From NCBI GenBank assembly GCA_024704765.1, contig JAKMXF010000322.1, forward strand, positions 124,001 to 188,000: a stretch of DNA of 64,000 nucleotides. The letters run 5' to 3'. Within the stretch, counting starts at the first letter, position 1; each line of letters begins with the position of its first letter. The notes beneath the pieces were generated by a model, which saw nothing but the letters and a program-made list of their open reading frames with translations, was not told the DNA's origin and made no database searches. The translations under genes were made by a program, and so were the position numbers. Positions 48,201-59,773 of this stretch are shown piece after piece. Source of the stretch: Oopsacas minuta. Taxonomy: Eukaryota; Animalia; Porifera.

Positions 48201-48422
48201 CATATATGCCATATAAGGATATTAGTGAATTGTTATATATTAATTACAAATACTTATCTTAATCAGAATTTTATGTTCATATTTTCACACCTTTAAGAAA
48301 TTGCAAAATTTCTTTATAAAATTGGTAGGAGTCCCTAGCAACCGATAACTATCATAGTTATGTGTTTAATCCACAAATATTGCCTCAATTTCAATATAGT
48401 CACATATTTTTAGCACTTGTAA

Positions 48423-48592
48423 TTATCAGCCACTTTTGTGACACATTGTAGACACTTTATCAGCCACTTTTGTGACACATTGTAGACACTTTATCAGCCA
48501 CTTTTGTGACACATTGTAGACACTTTATCAGCCACTTTTGTGACACATTGTAGACACTTTATCAGCCACTTTTGTGACACATTGTAGACACT
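48423..48592. repeat. Five perfect 34-bp tandem copies TTATCAGCCACTTTTGTGACACATTGTAGACACT, 90-260 bp downstream of the NK stop codon
   Basis: Units start at 48423, 48457, 48491, 48525 and 48559. Confidence 0.95.
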
Positions 48593-48681
48593 TTCCCAAC
48601 CACTTAGCAACAAAATAAAAGTAAATTCTTAATCATATTAATAATAATTTCTACTATAAAAGCACATATCGAATTATCCAA

Positions 48682-49404
48682 TTAGCTGGTACTATTCGGG
48701 ACAGTAACTGTGAAAGGAGAATTGTACACGCACTGTGCTGCTAGCGTGTACCCTCCTTGGTTCTGTAAAGGTGTTAAAGATATATACGGTGGTATTATAG
48801 CCTGTGGGGTCCCGTTTGGGATTAATTGGGTTTGTTGTCCGATCGCTTGAATGGTTGGGAGTCCCGGGTTGTTCGCTGGGAGTAGAAAAGTAGGGGTGAA
48901 GGGCATCGTCTTTGAGATATCGTCATCGTTTAGTTCGCATTCTCTCCGTAGTTTAAACTGCTCCTTCCTCTGTCTTTTACATTTATAACGCCGGTTTTGG
49001 AACCAAATTTTTACTTGCGTTTCGGATAATTTTAAAACAACTGCTAGTTGTTCTCTTTCATGAGCTGTTAAATATTTTCTTAGACTGAAGGTTCTTTCCA
49101 ATTCATACACCTGAGAGTGTGAAAATAGCGCGCGTGGTTTCCTTTTCTTCCCCTTGGACAATTTATCTTCAAGTGTCTCTGATCCAGAATCAGTATTGTG
49201 TATTCTACAAGTACAATTGTATCCTGAATGTGGTTCTAAACCATTTTGTGCCATTTCTCGTTCATCATTCAAATCCAAATCCTCACTATCTCTTTCAAAA
49301 TTCTCCGCCATTTCCACACATGGCAGACGGACAATCGTGTAATTTTGTGTTGATAGCTCGGCGCCAGTTTTATTCAACAAATTTTCAATTGTAAATGAGG
49401 ACAT
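48682..49404 (-). CDS. Intronless NK2/3/4-class (NKL) homeobox transcription factor, 240 aa
   Basis: N-terminal TN/eh1 motif SSFTIENLL; homeodomain [53 protein letters not shown] with Tyr54. Confidence 0.93.
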   Translation of the reverse strand: MSSFTIENLLNKTGAELSTQNYTIVRLPCVEMAENFERDSEDLDLNDEREMAQNGLEPHSGYNCTCRIHNTDSGSETLEDKLSKGKKRKPRALFSHSQVYELERTFSLRKYLTAHEREQLAVVLKLSETQVKIWFQNRRYKCKRQRKEQFKLRRECELNDDDISKTMPFTPTFLLPANNPGLPTIQAIGQQTQLIPNGTPQAIIPPYISLTPLQNQGGYTLAAQCVYNSPFTVTVPNSTS

Positions 49405-50907
49405 TTGTGTCGAGATTGAATTAGTTGTTAAAGTTGAAGCTATTTATATGGAAATCTCTGCTATACAATGCTGTGCGTAGAATATCTATGAAGTATATTG
49501 TTAGCCGAATTTCTTTGTTACTAATTAATTTATTTATTTGAAGACTTAGCTGTTTGTTTGTTTGTTTGTTATTTCGTGGGCTTTGTTTTAGTTTTGTTTG
49601 ATGTTTTGTTTCCGTCTTTTTTGCGGCCTTTTTGGGCTTTTAAAGCGACGAATTGTGTTCCTAAAGACCTGAATATGAATCATCATTTTCAAATTCTAAT
49701 TCCTTTCTAGATCGAATTTTAATATATGAAATTCTTTTCACACCTTTTCGTTGTAACTCAGTTTTTGATCCACTTTCTAAGAATGGATGTGAGGCCATAT
49801 TGGCCCATTTTAATGGACCCCTAGGTCAATTTGTGTTCCTTATTAATATTTATCCATTGAGAAAATATTTCAAAATTTCCCCTGAATGAGACTTAAAATT
49901 CTGAGATAATCCAAATATTTGAAAAAAACAAGCTCTTTAACCTTATAGCACTACGTAATGGGGACACATACCCCTTCAAGAGGTCACTTATGGACCACTT
50001 AAGACCCCTTAGGGATCACTGTCCCATGGTAGAGGACACAATTAACACTATAACATTCCAATCCCTCCCACTTTACGAATAATGTGACTGAGTTAAAGCA
50101 TAGAAATAAAAAGATGATGTGAAATTCCAATTCTCACAGGTGACTGCACCACTTGTTAATTAGTTTGGAATCACACCATTTCAAAGCTTTTGATTGAACA
50201 ATAAAAATTGAATTTTCAAAACTTGGCAAGTTCGCTCCAATGCAGCTTCTTTTCAATGTCATTAAACACGCGATCTGATTGGTCAGTATAGGTTTTCAGT
50301 ACACTTTAGAATTGAGTTCGTGCACCGATTTTGATTGGTTAAGAGTGATCATTCACCCGTAGGAGTTTGAGGTGTCAAATATGATTTAACATTGGATTAT
50401 GAGTGCCACATATTGAATTTATTTTGCGCCATTAAATACTCGCATTTTGTATGAAAAGAAACCCATTTTATGGTCAAAAGTGTCGCTATAATTTACTAAG
50501 CCATTTTACTTGAGCCACTTTTCAACTCAATGCCATTTTAGTGGTCAAAAGTGGTGGATTAAATTTTAGTCCTTTTGGAAAATGGTGTCCGGTTGGGAAG
50601 GGTCGCCATATCTGGGAGGTCCGAGCGTATACGCTAGAACCTCTATGAGCGGGAGAGGTCGTGCCGGCGAATCTCCTGCTAACTCCCTATCCCCATTTCT
50701 ATTTTAAATGTAAAATGTCCTTTAACCATAGAACATATCCACTTCCTCCCTCTACTGTTATTAGATTATTATAATGTGCTCTAAGGCTGTTGGTTGTATG
50801 TATAAATTTGTGAGAAATCTTCTTATGAGAATCCCAATAATTTTGAATCATTAGAGGGGTAAATATGTGTTTGTTTTCAAATTAGCACAACTATTGACTG
50901 TAGAATT

Positions 50908-51012
50908 CCCTGCTTATAGAGACCCCGCTTATAGAGACTCCACTTATAGAGACCCCACTTATAGAGACCCCACTTATAGAGACCCCACTTATAGAGACCC
51001 CACTTATAGAAA
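50908..51012. repeat. Seven 15-bp tandem copies CCCCACTTATAGAGA, about 1.5 kb upstream of the NK gene
   Basis: Direct inspection; the last five units contain CCACTTA. Confidence 0.93.
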
Positions 51013-54000
51013 TTGCACTGTACATAATTATAGTCATGCATGCATGCACATACCTTCCAACTGTCCAGTTTTTGGCGGCGTCCCGCATTTTTTGACATGT
51101 GTTGAGGGTAATGTGCCGCCAAAACTTGCTACTTGTATTGTCATTACATGGAACTCTTATGGACAAAACATACAGTGTAACACAATAGAGTATAACATTC
51201 AAGGTAAATACAGAAATCACATTTTTCTAATTGACTTTAATTCTGTTCCCGACGTGTTGACAAGTCCACTTCAATGGAGGTCACATTTCGTTCATGTACG
51301 ATGATAATCTTTGTGTCGAGTTACGGACACTTAAACTCTTTTGAAAGGGTTTTGTCTAGACTTTTAGAGCCTTTAAGTATTTTGAATGGATGTTATAATT
51401 ACCTTGATTTGGTGAGTTTACTAGGAATTCAAGGAAATTCCACTTGTGACTTTGCCTCGAGACATATTATATGTTTTCAAATATTATTAAACAAATGCTA
51501 ATAATTCGCAACTTGCCGAGATATAGCAATACTTTTCTGATTTGTTTCTCACTCCGAAACCCGAAGCTTCGTTTCCTAGCCTGTTCCACACGTAAACCCC
51601 CTATACCAATTTTTATACAGGACCTTCCTATTAACTGCACCCTGTGGACCCCTGCTGCCGTCCGCGGACCACCAAGCTACAGTTATTGAAAGGATTTTGT
51701 CTATACTTGTAATTTTCTAAATTAGGTGAGTTTATTAGGAATTCAAGGAAATGCCACTTGTGAATTTGCCTCGAGACAAATTGTATGTTTTCAACCATTA
51801 AAGATGATTCATATAACTACAAATATTTGAGTGTAATATTCGTTTTTAAGGTGTTAATTGTTCATATGATTAATCTTTATGTAAATTTATTATTCAACAC
51901 CAATCAGAGTTTAGGAGTTTCGTTGATTTGATTGTTTGTTAGAAATTTTACTAATATGACACTTTCAATCGTTATGATTGGCTGTTAAACTTTGAATTAG
52001 TTTAACAACTGCTTAAAGTGGCACAAAAGTGGCATGCTAAGTTTAAAAAAGTATTCCCATCATGAGAAATCGTTTCGCGACACTTTATCGCTATGAAGCC
52101 AATCTTTAAATACAATATAACTTGTCTATTATATCATTTTAACGGAATCATTACAGAAAACATTTGACCAGATTCGTGTATAGGTTAAAGTTGGAAATAT
52201 TTCAAAGAAATTTTTGAGATGATCAGAGACGATTCTTGTAGAAATGTGGTCTTATGTTGGACAATTCTGGGCTGATTTGTGCCATGGACACAATAGACTC
52301 CACTTCACATCAGGACCAGGCTATTGTAACCAGATTAAGTGGGATAAAGGTTGGAGCGTTAACCAGAGTAATGTAACACTATTTGTTTGGTTCTGTTTCT
52401 GGCCAACTGATCCGCCGATTTTTCACCCAGATTTTGTCACTAAAATTGTGTCCTCGCCTCCCTCAGTCCTTGCCCCAGGCATAGGGATAGGAATTCATGC
52501 ACCATACTTATGGATTTGATCTGTGAACACTCCTAAGTGGTGAGGTTACTGAAAGTGTCGAATTCAAAACCTCTTGGTTACTGGTATGTTGTCGTTTTAA
52601 AATTGTAGCACAGAGCTAGGAAGTCACAAGTTCTAACCCTAAGCAGTCCCTAACCTGGCTCTATGGACCTCTTTGTGGTCCACGGATGACAAGCAGAGGG
52701 GTCCACATGATCTCAAAATTTGTATTGCATTCTATCGGAGGTGGTTCACAGAATGTGTTATAAATGGTATAGGTGAAAAGGCTGTGAACTACTGACATAT
52801 ATGTGTACTAGTATCTCAGCCACTTTTTAGTGGCACAGTGCCACTTTAATGGCCATTTCTCTGAAAATTAATTAGCTATAACCTTTGATGTTTTCCTAAT
52901 CGACACTCAATGGTGATTAATATCTTAAACACATTCTCGTTGAATGAAATATATCTTAAAAAGCAATTAAGAATATTAAACACCTTAAAAATGCGACACT
53001 ATTTTCCTAACACGATTAACTCTGCCACCAGACAGGTTTCAGTATTCAAGATATTGTATGAGTCAGATATGGAACTAATTAATATTCATTGTAAATTGTA
53101 ACCCCTGTAAATTAGCAGTGAAATCACTTATTTAACACTTCGGCTTCAGTTCGATGGAAATTGAATTTTTCGTTAATTCACTTCATAAAAGTTGATTGCT
53201 TTGTTTTAAAGTTAATTACAACTCTTAGAAGGTGAATTATATTTTTCACACCTTGCATGCTTGCCGTATGGTATCGTAACTAAGAGAGGAGACACTTGAA
53301 ATGGTCGATACAATCATCGGGAATCTCCCACTTAGTGTGACTATTCACTCAAAATATTTCTTGGTTGTTTTCCATCTTCTTCAGGACACCCTTTAATATG
53401 TGAAGGGGCGATTTCTGCCGCCTATCGATGCCTTACAGCGTCCCCAGGCCCTGAGTTGAGCGGATAATCAAGTTTCGCATTTTCAAGTTTCTCATATGTA
53501 AATTATTGTTGTTTATGATTATAAGTAAACAAACAGTTGATAAAGTAATTTAGCATAAAATTTGCTATTAATTATTTTGCTAGATTCGAGGCACGAAGTG
53601 CTGAGTCTCATCCGAACAAAAAATGTTCACAAGCCGCGCAGCGAGCAAGCTATGCGGGAACTTATCGCCCTTAAAGTTACTCCACATAAACTCGTATCTA
53701 TACATCCAAATATTGGTCACGAGTAATGAGAATAGCTATGTGTAAATTTAATGTCACCTCCATAAACCGTGTACCAGTGACGCCGAAAACGCTACTCCCT
53801 TTCCCTGTTTCTGTAGAGTTTCCTCAGAATAGTCACCTCATTACTATCTTATACTTCCATGTGTTAAGAGTATGTAAGATTTTCAGCTCCCTATAATGTC
53901 CGCGTTTTCCTTCACGCAGGCTCGCAGGTGTGAGAGTTACAGAATATTGAGTAGATAATTTGCATAATTAATACAAACATCGACACACCTTAGATAAAGT

Positions 54001-55147
54001 TGGTTTTTCGCAGAGGTCTGATTTGTGGACACAATTTGCACCCTCCAACGGTACCGATAAATGATCTAATTTAGAGAAATTCTGTATATTTAGCATATAG
54101 AATTATAAATTAGACAAACGACAATAATAAACAAAGAAAGAAAACATTCGAATTTCTAAAAGAGGTCTTAAAAATTCCGAATGTCAAAACTTAAAAAACT
54201 TTCAAAATATTAATTTACTAAATAGGATTCTTTCACAATAAACAACAACAGCTTTTTATGTTCATATTGTAAACAATATTCCTTTTGTTGTAAACAGATT
54301 AGGCGCCAATTTCAGAGAAAACCTATACTTTGATGTTTTAGATTGAATTATTCCTTTGTTTAGACTTTAAAGTCAAATTCATATTTCCAATTCTTGCCAA
54401 TATCGACTTTCAATTGAAATATTAAGCAACACAATTTTGGTGGCATTGTGACACAATCAAATGGTCATTTTGCCCTCGAAATTCGCCGAGGTTGGGACTT
54501 TATTCCGATTTATTTGTTACTCCAAAACCCGCGCTGTTCCCAACCTTATTCACCTATTGTCCCCCCCTATACCAATTTTAACATCCTGTAGACACCTCCC
54601 ATAGGCTGTGATACTAATATGAGATCCTGTAGAACCCTGCTGTCGTCAGTGAAACACAAAGAGGTCCATGAGTCGCCAGGTTGGTAACTTTGCCATAAAC
54701 AACAAACAAACAAACAAACAAAATAAACAGTATTTACAAACTTGAATTTCAGTTTTAATAACTGAATTTGGATTTGACTTTTATTACTAAAATTAGAAAT
54801 AATCAACTTAATAAATCAAAAAGTGCGGTCAACTTCATACACCCGCCTTACACCAAAAACCTTCCAATATGGAACTATATCAATAAAACCAGTAATTCAA
54901 TACTACATCACTTGACACCTAGTCTCATTGTGTCGCTGAACAATGGGATATTTTGTCCCAACACCCTATTGACGACACAAATCGATTGAAGACAATGTGG
55001 CGGACAAAAAGAGGTGAGTATTAATAACATTCTGAGTGCCTATAAATCTCAAAAACTATAAAAATATTCCAAATTTTCCCTCTGCATATTAGACAAAATT
55101 TCAAATCTTAGCTTTCGAATTCCGTTTTCCAATTTATTTTTCCCCCC

Positions 55148-56245
55148 ATGGATCTTAAGGAACTATCCACCGCCCTCAACAGCTGTTACTCTGACCCTAG
55201 CAACGAAGATGGTGCAATGATATGCAAACATTGCTTCTTAAATCGTGACAGACAAACTCCCACATTTTGTCAGAACACTAATTGCATGTTCTACCGGGTA
55301 TGTTCACATTATCAATATTTGTATATTTATCACTTAAATATTTACTTTATTGACCCCTCTCCTGTCCGCTTTATGGGGTCACTTGTTCAGAAATGGACCA
55401 TGTTAATTAGTTCCAGTTAATTGGTACAGAGCGTGTCACGATTGATCCTATTAAGCAGAGTCTACTATATTCTAAATTGTCCAATGGTCCCTTGGGCTAA
55501 TGCTCCCTCGCACCCATGGGTACAGGTGTCCGATAATTACACTTATGAATAATCATATTTTCACACCTTTTGAACCAACCAAATTTCAGTATCTGATGGT
55601 ATATTAGATGTATATTGGAACTATTAATCTATAGTTCTAATATAGTATAAGGTAGTTCCATATTATGTTGACGCTATACACAATGGATATGTATACTTCA
55701 TAAATAACAACAAACATAAGTTTTTCAATATTTAATAGCAACCAGAACCATCTAAGGAATTCATAGCAGAACAGCTGAATAGGAACATAGAAAATGTCCT
55801 CTCTGAGACAGGTGTGAAAAACAAATTGAATCCTAACCCATGGAGTCCGACGAATATATCCCTCTTGGACTGGTCAAGCATTCAGTCACACCCCCAAAAT
55901 GATTGGATTGTCCCGCAAAAAGCCAGCGGACACATTTCAATCTCTTCTTCAGATGATGATGAAATATTTGATGAAGTGAACTTGGATAGAAATTCAATTT
56001 TATCGAATAATTGGGTAATCCCAGCTGAGGATAAACCTTATTCACTATTTGGTCAGGCGAATTCCTTTTCATCTATGCCGTTGACAAGTTCAAGCTCTAA
56101 CTCATCTGGTGAGTTGCTTGTTTGTTTGTTTGTTTGTTGTTTGTTTGCCGTTTCATAGAATAATATCATTTAGACTTTGACGATAGTCTCTCATCTCATT
56201 CAAGCGAGGAGATCTTGCAACAACAACAAAAAAATCATCATCATC

Positions 56246-56304
<59 letters not shown>

Positions 56305-57635
56305 AATATACAGCTCTACCAGACAGAAGATAAGTTGTCATCTGTTAATCCATTTTCAAAAATTCCATTCACACCTTCTTCATATGTTGCTGGCTCTGAG
56401 ACTTATTCTAGGAAAGTATTTGTTGGTGGTCTTCCTCCTGATATTGATGAAGGTTAGTTTTGTGTAAACAAATAAACAAACAAACAAACAAACAAACAAA
56501 TAAACAAACAAACAAACAAACACACAAACACACAAACAAATAAACAAACAAACAGACAACACTAGCAAACAAACAAACAAACAAACAATTTATATCTTAT
56601 GTTTCTCTCCTATTCATAGATGAGATCCGTGGTAGTTTCTGTAAGTTCGGTAACCTGACAGTTGATTGGCCACACAAAGCACAGTCCCGCACATATTTCC
56701 CGCCAAAAGGTTATGCATTCCTATTGTTCAAACATGAATTCTCAGTCCACCTTCTGATCGCCGCTTGCCTCCAAGAGGCTGGCAAGCTCTTCTACTTCGT
56801 GTCCTCTCCTACTCATAAGAACAAACAAGTTCAAATCCGTCCATGGTCCGTTTCGGAGAGTGACTACGTTATGGACAAGGCCCAACCCATCGACCCACGC
56901 AAGACGATATTCGTGGGAGGTGTACCACGTCCCTTGAGGTCACAAGAACTGGCTCAGGTCATGGAAGAAAAATTTGGGAGTGTTTGCTACGCTGGCATTG
57001 ATGTTGACCCCGATCTCAAATATCCAAAAGGTATGTATTGTTTGTACCTCGTGGGACCGTATTTTGCACCCCAAGGGTCATATTGTGTACCTCCCAAGGG
57101 GTCCATACTTGCACCCCCAATGGGACAATATTTCCTATACCAAGGGACCGTATTTTGCACCCTCAAGGGATTATAAGTGTTACTACTAATAGTTTCGATT
57201 TCTACAGTCAACTCCTGTTATATCTAACACGGATTATTGAAGTGTGAATCTCAGTAATTATCACGATCCCTTGAGCTTAGATATAACCGGAATTGATTGT
57301 ACATTTTAATAGGAGCTGGTCGCGTGACATTCTCCTCGATTCGCAGTTACATTAGCGCAGTTACAGCAAGGTTTGTGCAGCTAAAACTCCCAGAAATCGA
57401 CAAGAAAGTGGAGGTTAAGCCTTACGTCATGGATGACCAGATGTGTGATGAATGTAGTGGGTTAAATTCTAATGGAAAGGCCGCGCCATTTTTCTGTGGC
57501 AACGTGAATTGTCTTAGATATTTCTGTGAACATTGTTGGGCATTGATACACGCGTACCCGACAAAACAGACACATAGACCGCTGATAAAAGAGGGAGGCG
57601 ATCGTATTAAAGCGCGTTGGTCTCAATCCACTTAA
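55148..57635 (+). CDS. CPEB: Cytoplasmic polyadenylation element-binding protein, CPEB2/3/4 (Orb2) subfamily; 5 exons (55148-55297, 55739-56108, 56174-56452, 56620-57030, 57313-57635)
   Basis: Motifs YSRKVFVGGLPPDIDE, DWPHKA..YFPPKGYAFLLF, VQIRPW, IDPRKTIFVGGVPRPL, CYAGIDVDPDLKYPKGAGRV and ZZ finger CDEC..APFFCGNVNCLRYFCEHCW..H..H. Confidence 0.95.
56218..56304 (+). repeat. Coding (CAA)n tract encoding Q4-K-N-H3-Q20 in CPEB exon 3
   Basis: 20 uninterrupted CAA codons at 56245-56304, in frame with RRM1. Confidence 0.9.
57052..57170. repeat. Imperfect minisatellite (GGGACCGTATTTTGCACCCCAA-like), CPEB intron 4
   Basis: The reverse complement resembles the 4311-4510 unit. Confidence 0.65.
57205..57299. 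mobile_element. TA-flanked MITE, same family, CPEB intron 4
   Basis: TA-CAGTCAACTCCTGTTATATCTAA...TTAGATATAACCGGAATTGATTG-TA. Confidence 0.75.
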
Positions 57636-57979
57636 CACCTTTCTGTGGCTTTATAACTTTTGATTGAAGATTTAGTCAACTATGTTGACGGATCATTTTT
57701 TCAATTATTTATTTTTATTTGCGTAAACATTGCCATTTAAGGTTTATATTATTCAAAGTTTGTTGTTTGTTGAGTTTTATACTTTCTCGGACAATATTTA
57801 AATTTGCACTTTCAATTACCTTCTTTTATTTATTCTCATTATTGTTTGTTTGTTATTTTGTTTGTTTGGTTATAGGCATCTATTAAAGCTATTTTCAATT
57901 ATATTTATTCATTTTTGGGTTCTTGTTGTTGTTCCCACGAGTATGTAAAAGGTGTGAAAAGCAAATAACTAAAATGCTA

Positions 57980-59269
57980 TTAATTACGCTTAGAAAATAT
58001 TTGTAAACCGAAATTCTTGTTAGAAGAAATACAAATTAGTTTGTTGTTGTGTATTATAATGCCGGCAGGGGAGTATAACCTTCCAGCTTCATGTCCAAAC
58101 TGTCCTATCGTGTGTAGGAGGTCTCCTTCTGGTGAAAATACTTTGATTTTGTGAGCATAGTAGTCACTAATGACAATGTTATTGTATCCGTCCAAACAGA
58201 AGAAGTTTGCTGCTTTAACTTGCTTTCCTATTCCACTGGTTAGTAAGGAGCGGGACTTCTCTCCTGAGAGAGTAAATACGTGTATACACAGATTGTCAAC
58301 AGAGCTCAACACAAACATTTCATTATTTGTGAACTTTACATCAACAGATGATTTCATGGTTTTGTGTCGTAGCGTGTCTTTAAATACCAGATTTGTTGCC
58401 AGGATTTGTAGTCTGTTGTTGTTACAATCTGGCACATAAAGGTGTTGATTAGGAGAGATGGCGGGTTGACTAGGTTGATTGAACTCTTCACCACCAAATC
58501 CTCTCTTACCTACTCGCTTTATCATTGTTAGGTCTGGCAGCTTGAATAGGAAGATAGCGTGATACCCTATGTCTGTGACATAAATGTTGTCCTCATGAAT
58601 TAGGATACCCCATGGCTGACTCAGGTGTCTATCTCCGAATATATAAAGATGGTGTCCTTCCTGGGAGAATATTTGGATACGACTGTTGTTCATATCTGCC
58701 ACATAAATATGTCCAGATTCAGGTTCGATTGTGACACCTTGTGGATACTTAAGGTGCCCAGGAGCTGATCCTTGTTCCCCAACAGCAACAATGGGCTGTT
58801 GGAATGCAGAGTAGTTAGGTATTACTGGCATAGGAGGGATGGGAGGAATCTCGTGTTGGTTAATTTCTCCCAGACGAGAGATGTGTTCCTCTAGGTCTTG
58901 TGTGTTACACAAGAACCTCAGTTCTTGAGTTGGTGGTGCATTGAGTCGGAGTTCTGCCAGTTTAGCCTCCATCTCTCCCACAAATCTTTCCTGCATGGAA
59001 TGAAGCTTGTTATGCTTTATTTGGCCTTCTAATAGTGTCCTCGCTCCAACAAGTTCCTCCTCCATTTCCTGACGAGCCACCAGATCGGTTCTCATCTCTT
59101 CGCGTCTGTTCCTTAACGTGGCTAAGAGATGGACCCGTCTCTGGTTGAGGAGGAATATCAACCTGTCGATGGATTGGTGTATTTGGACCGCTATAGGATC
59201 GATAATTGGCTCTGCAAGTGATTCAGGCATTCGTGGCACTCCGATGGTTTCTGGGAATTGTGTCGCCAT
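57980..59269 (-). CDS. Intronless coiled-coil + NHL beta-propeller protein, copy B, 429 aa (paralog of 18631-19914)
   Basis: Aligns without gaps to copy A up to its last codons. Confidence 0.88.
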   Translation of the reverse strand: MATQFPETIGVPRMPESLAEPIIDPIAVQIHQSIDRLIFLLNQRRVHLLATLRNRREEMRTDLVARQEMEEELVGARTLLEGQIKHNKLHSMQERFVGEMEAKLAELRLNAPPTQELRFLCNTQDLEEHISRLGEINQHEIPPIPPMPVIPNYSAFQQPIVAVGEQGSAPGHLKYPQGVTIEPESGHIYVADMNNSRIQIFSQEGHHLYIFGDRHLSQPWGILIHEDNIYVTDIGYHAIFLFKLPDLTMIKRVGKRGFGGEEFNQPSQPAISPNQHLYVPDCNNNRLQILATNLVFKDTLRHKTMKSSVDVKFTNNEMFVLSSVDNLCIHVFTLSGEKSRSLLTSGIGKQVKAANFFCLDGYNNIVISDYYAHKIKVFSPEGDLLHTIGQFGHEAGRLYSPAGIIIHNNKLICISSNKNFGLQIFSKRN

Positions 59270-59586
59270 AATCTCGTGGATTATTTGTTGTTTGTTTGGT
59301 GTGAATTGTGTATATTTTGTTTGTTTTCAAATATATCAGAATTTATAGTTTCTATTGAATGAATATTCTGAATAGAAAACTGCTGATCTGACACAATTAT
59401 GAAAATAGAATTATTATTCTTAGAGGTTCGTGTCTGTTACCAAATTGTCTTTTGTGGATAACAAAGTACGTCAATGGTTGCTATGGTTATTTCTAATAAT
59501 TAGGAATGTTTCTTAGTAATACACCTTACTTTACATAATTAATATTCATTAGTCTGAGAAATGGTTTGTGGCAATTCATTATTCAA

Positions 59587-59622
<36 letters not shown>

Positions 59623-59660
59623 GCTCAATTTTCTCCTCCTTTGATGTTCAAGTACAATCA
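57992..59660 (-). repeat. Duplicated promoter+CDS cassette of the NHL gene, copy 2
   Basis: Reverse complement matches 18256-19908. The (CAA)n length in the upstream region differs. Confidence 0.92.
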
Positions 59661-59773
59661 CCCCCCGTTGTACCCCTGTTGTTGTTCATGAATCACTAAG
59701 GGTTCATAGACCCCATGTTGGATACCCAAGCTACAGCTATCTATTACTTATACTCATAATCTATAATTAGAAC

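Noticed and set aside
48423-48592. CRISPR-like array (34-bp repeats); also considered for 15355-15785 and 50908-51012
   Set aside because: The repeats are head-to-tail with no unique spacers, there are no cas genes, and the context is eukaryotic.
50867-51304. ORFs with (YRDPT)n, (KWGLY)n and (ISGVS)n repeats
   Set aside because: They arise from the 15-bp tandem array being open in several frames; there is no other coding signal.
53250-53960. GC-richer stretch with short protein-like frames on both strands
   Set aside because: Frames are under 60 aa and interrupted by stops, and I recognise no family. It could be a decayed gene or TE, but a translated search is needed.
18631-59269. Diversity-generating retroelement (template/variable repeat) explanation for the NHL pair
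   Set aside because: Differences are not restricted to adenines in either copy (for example GGA/TTT, TGT/GCC, CCT/TCT), both copies are full ORFs, and no reverse transcriptase is visible in the window.
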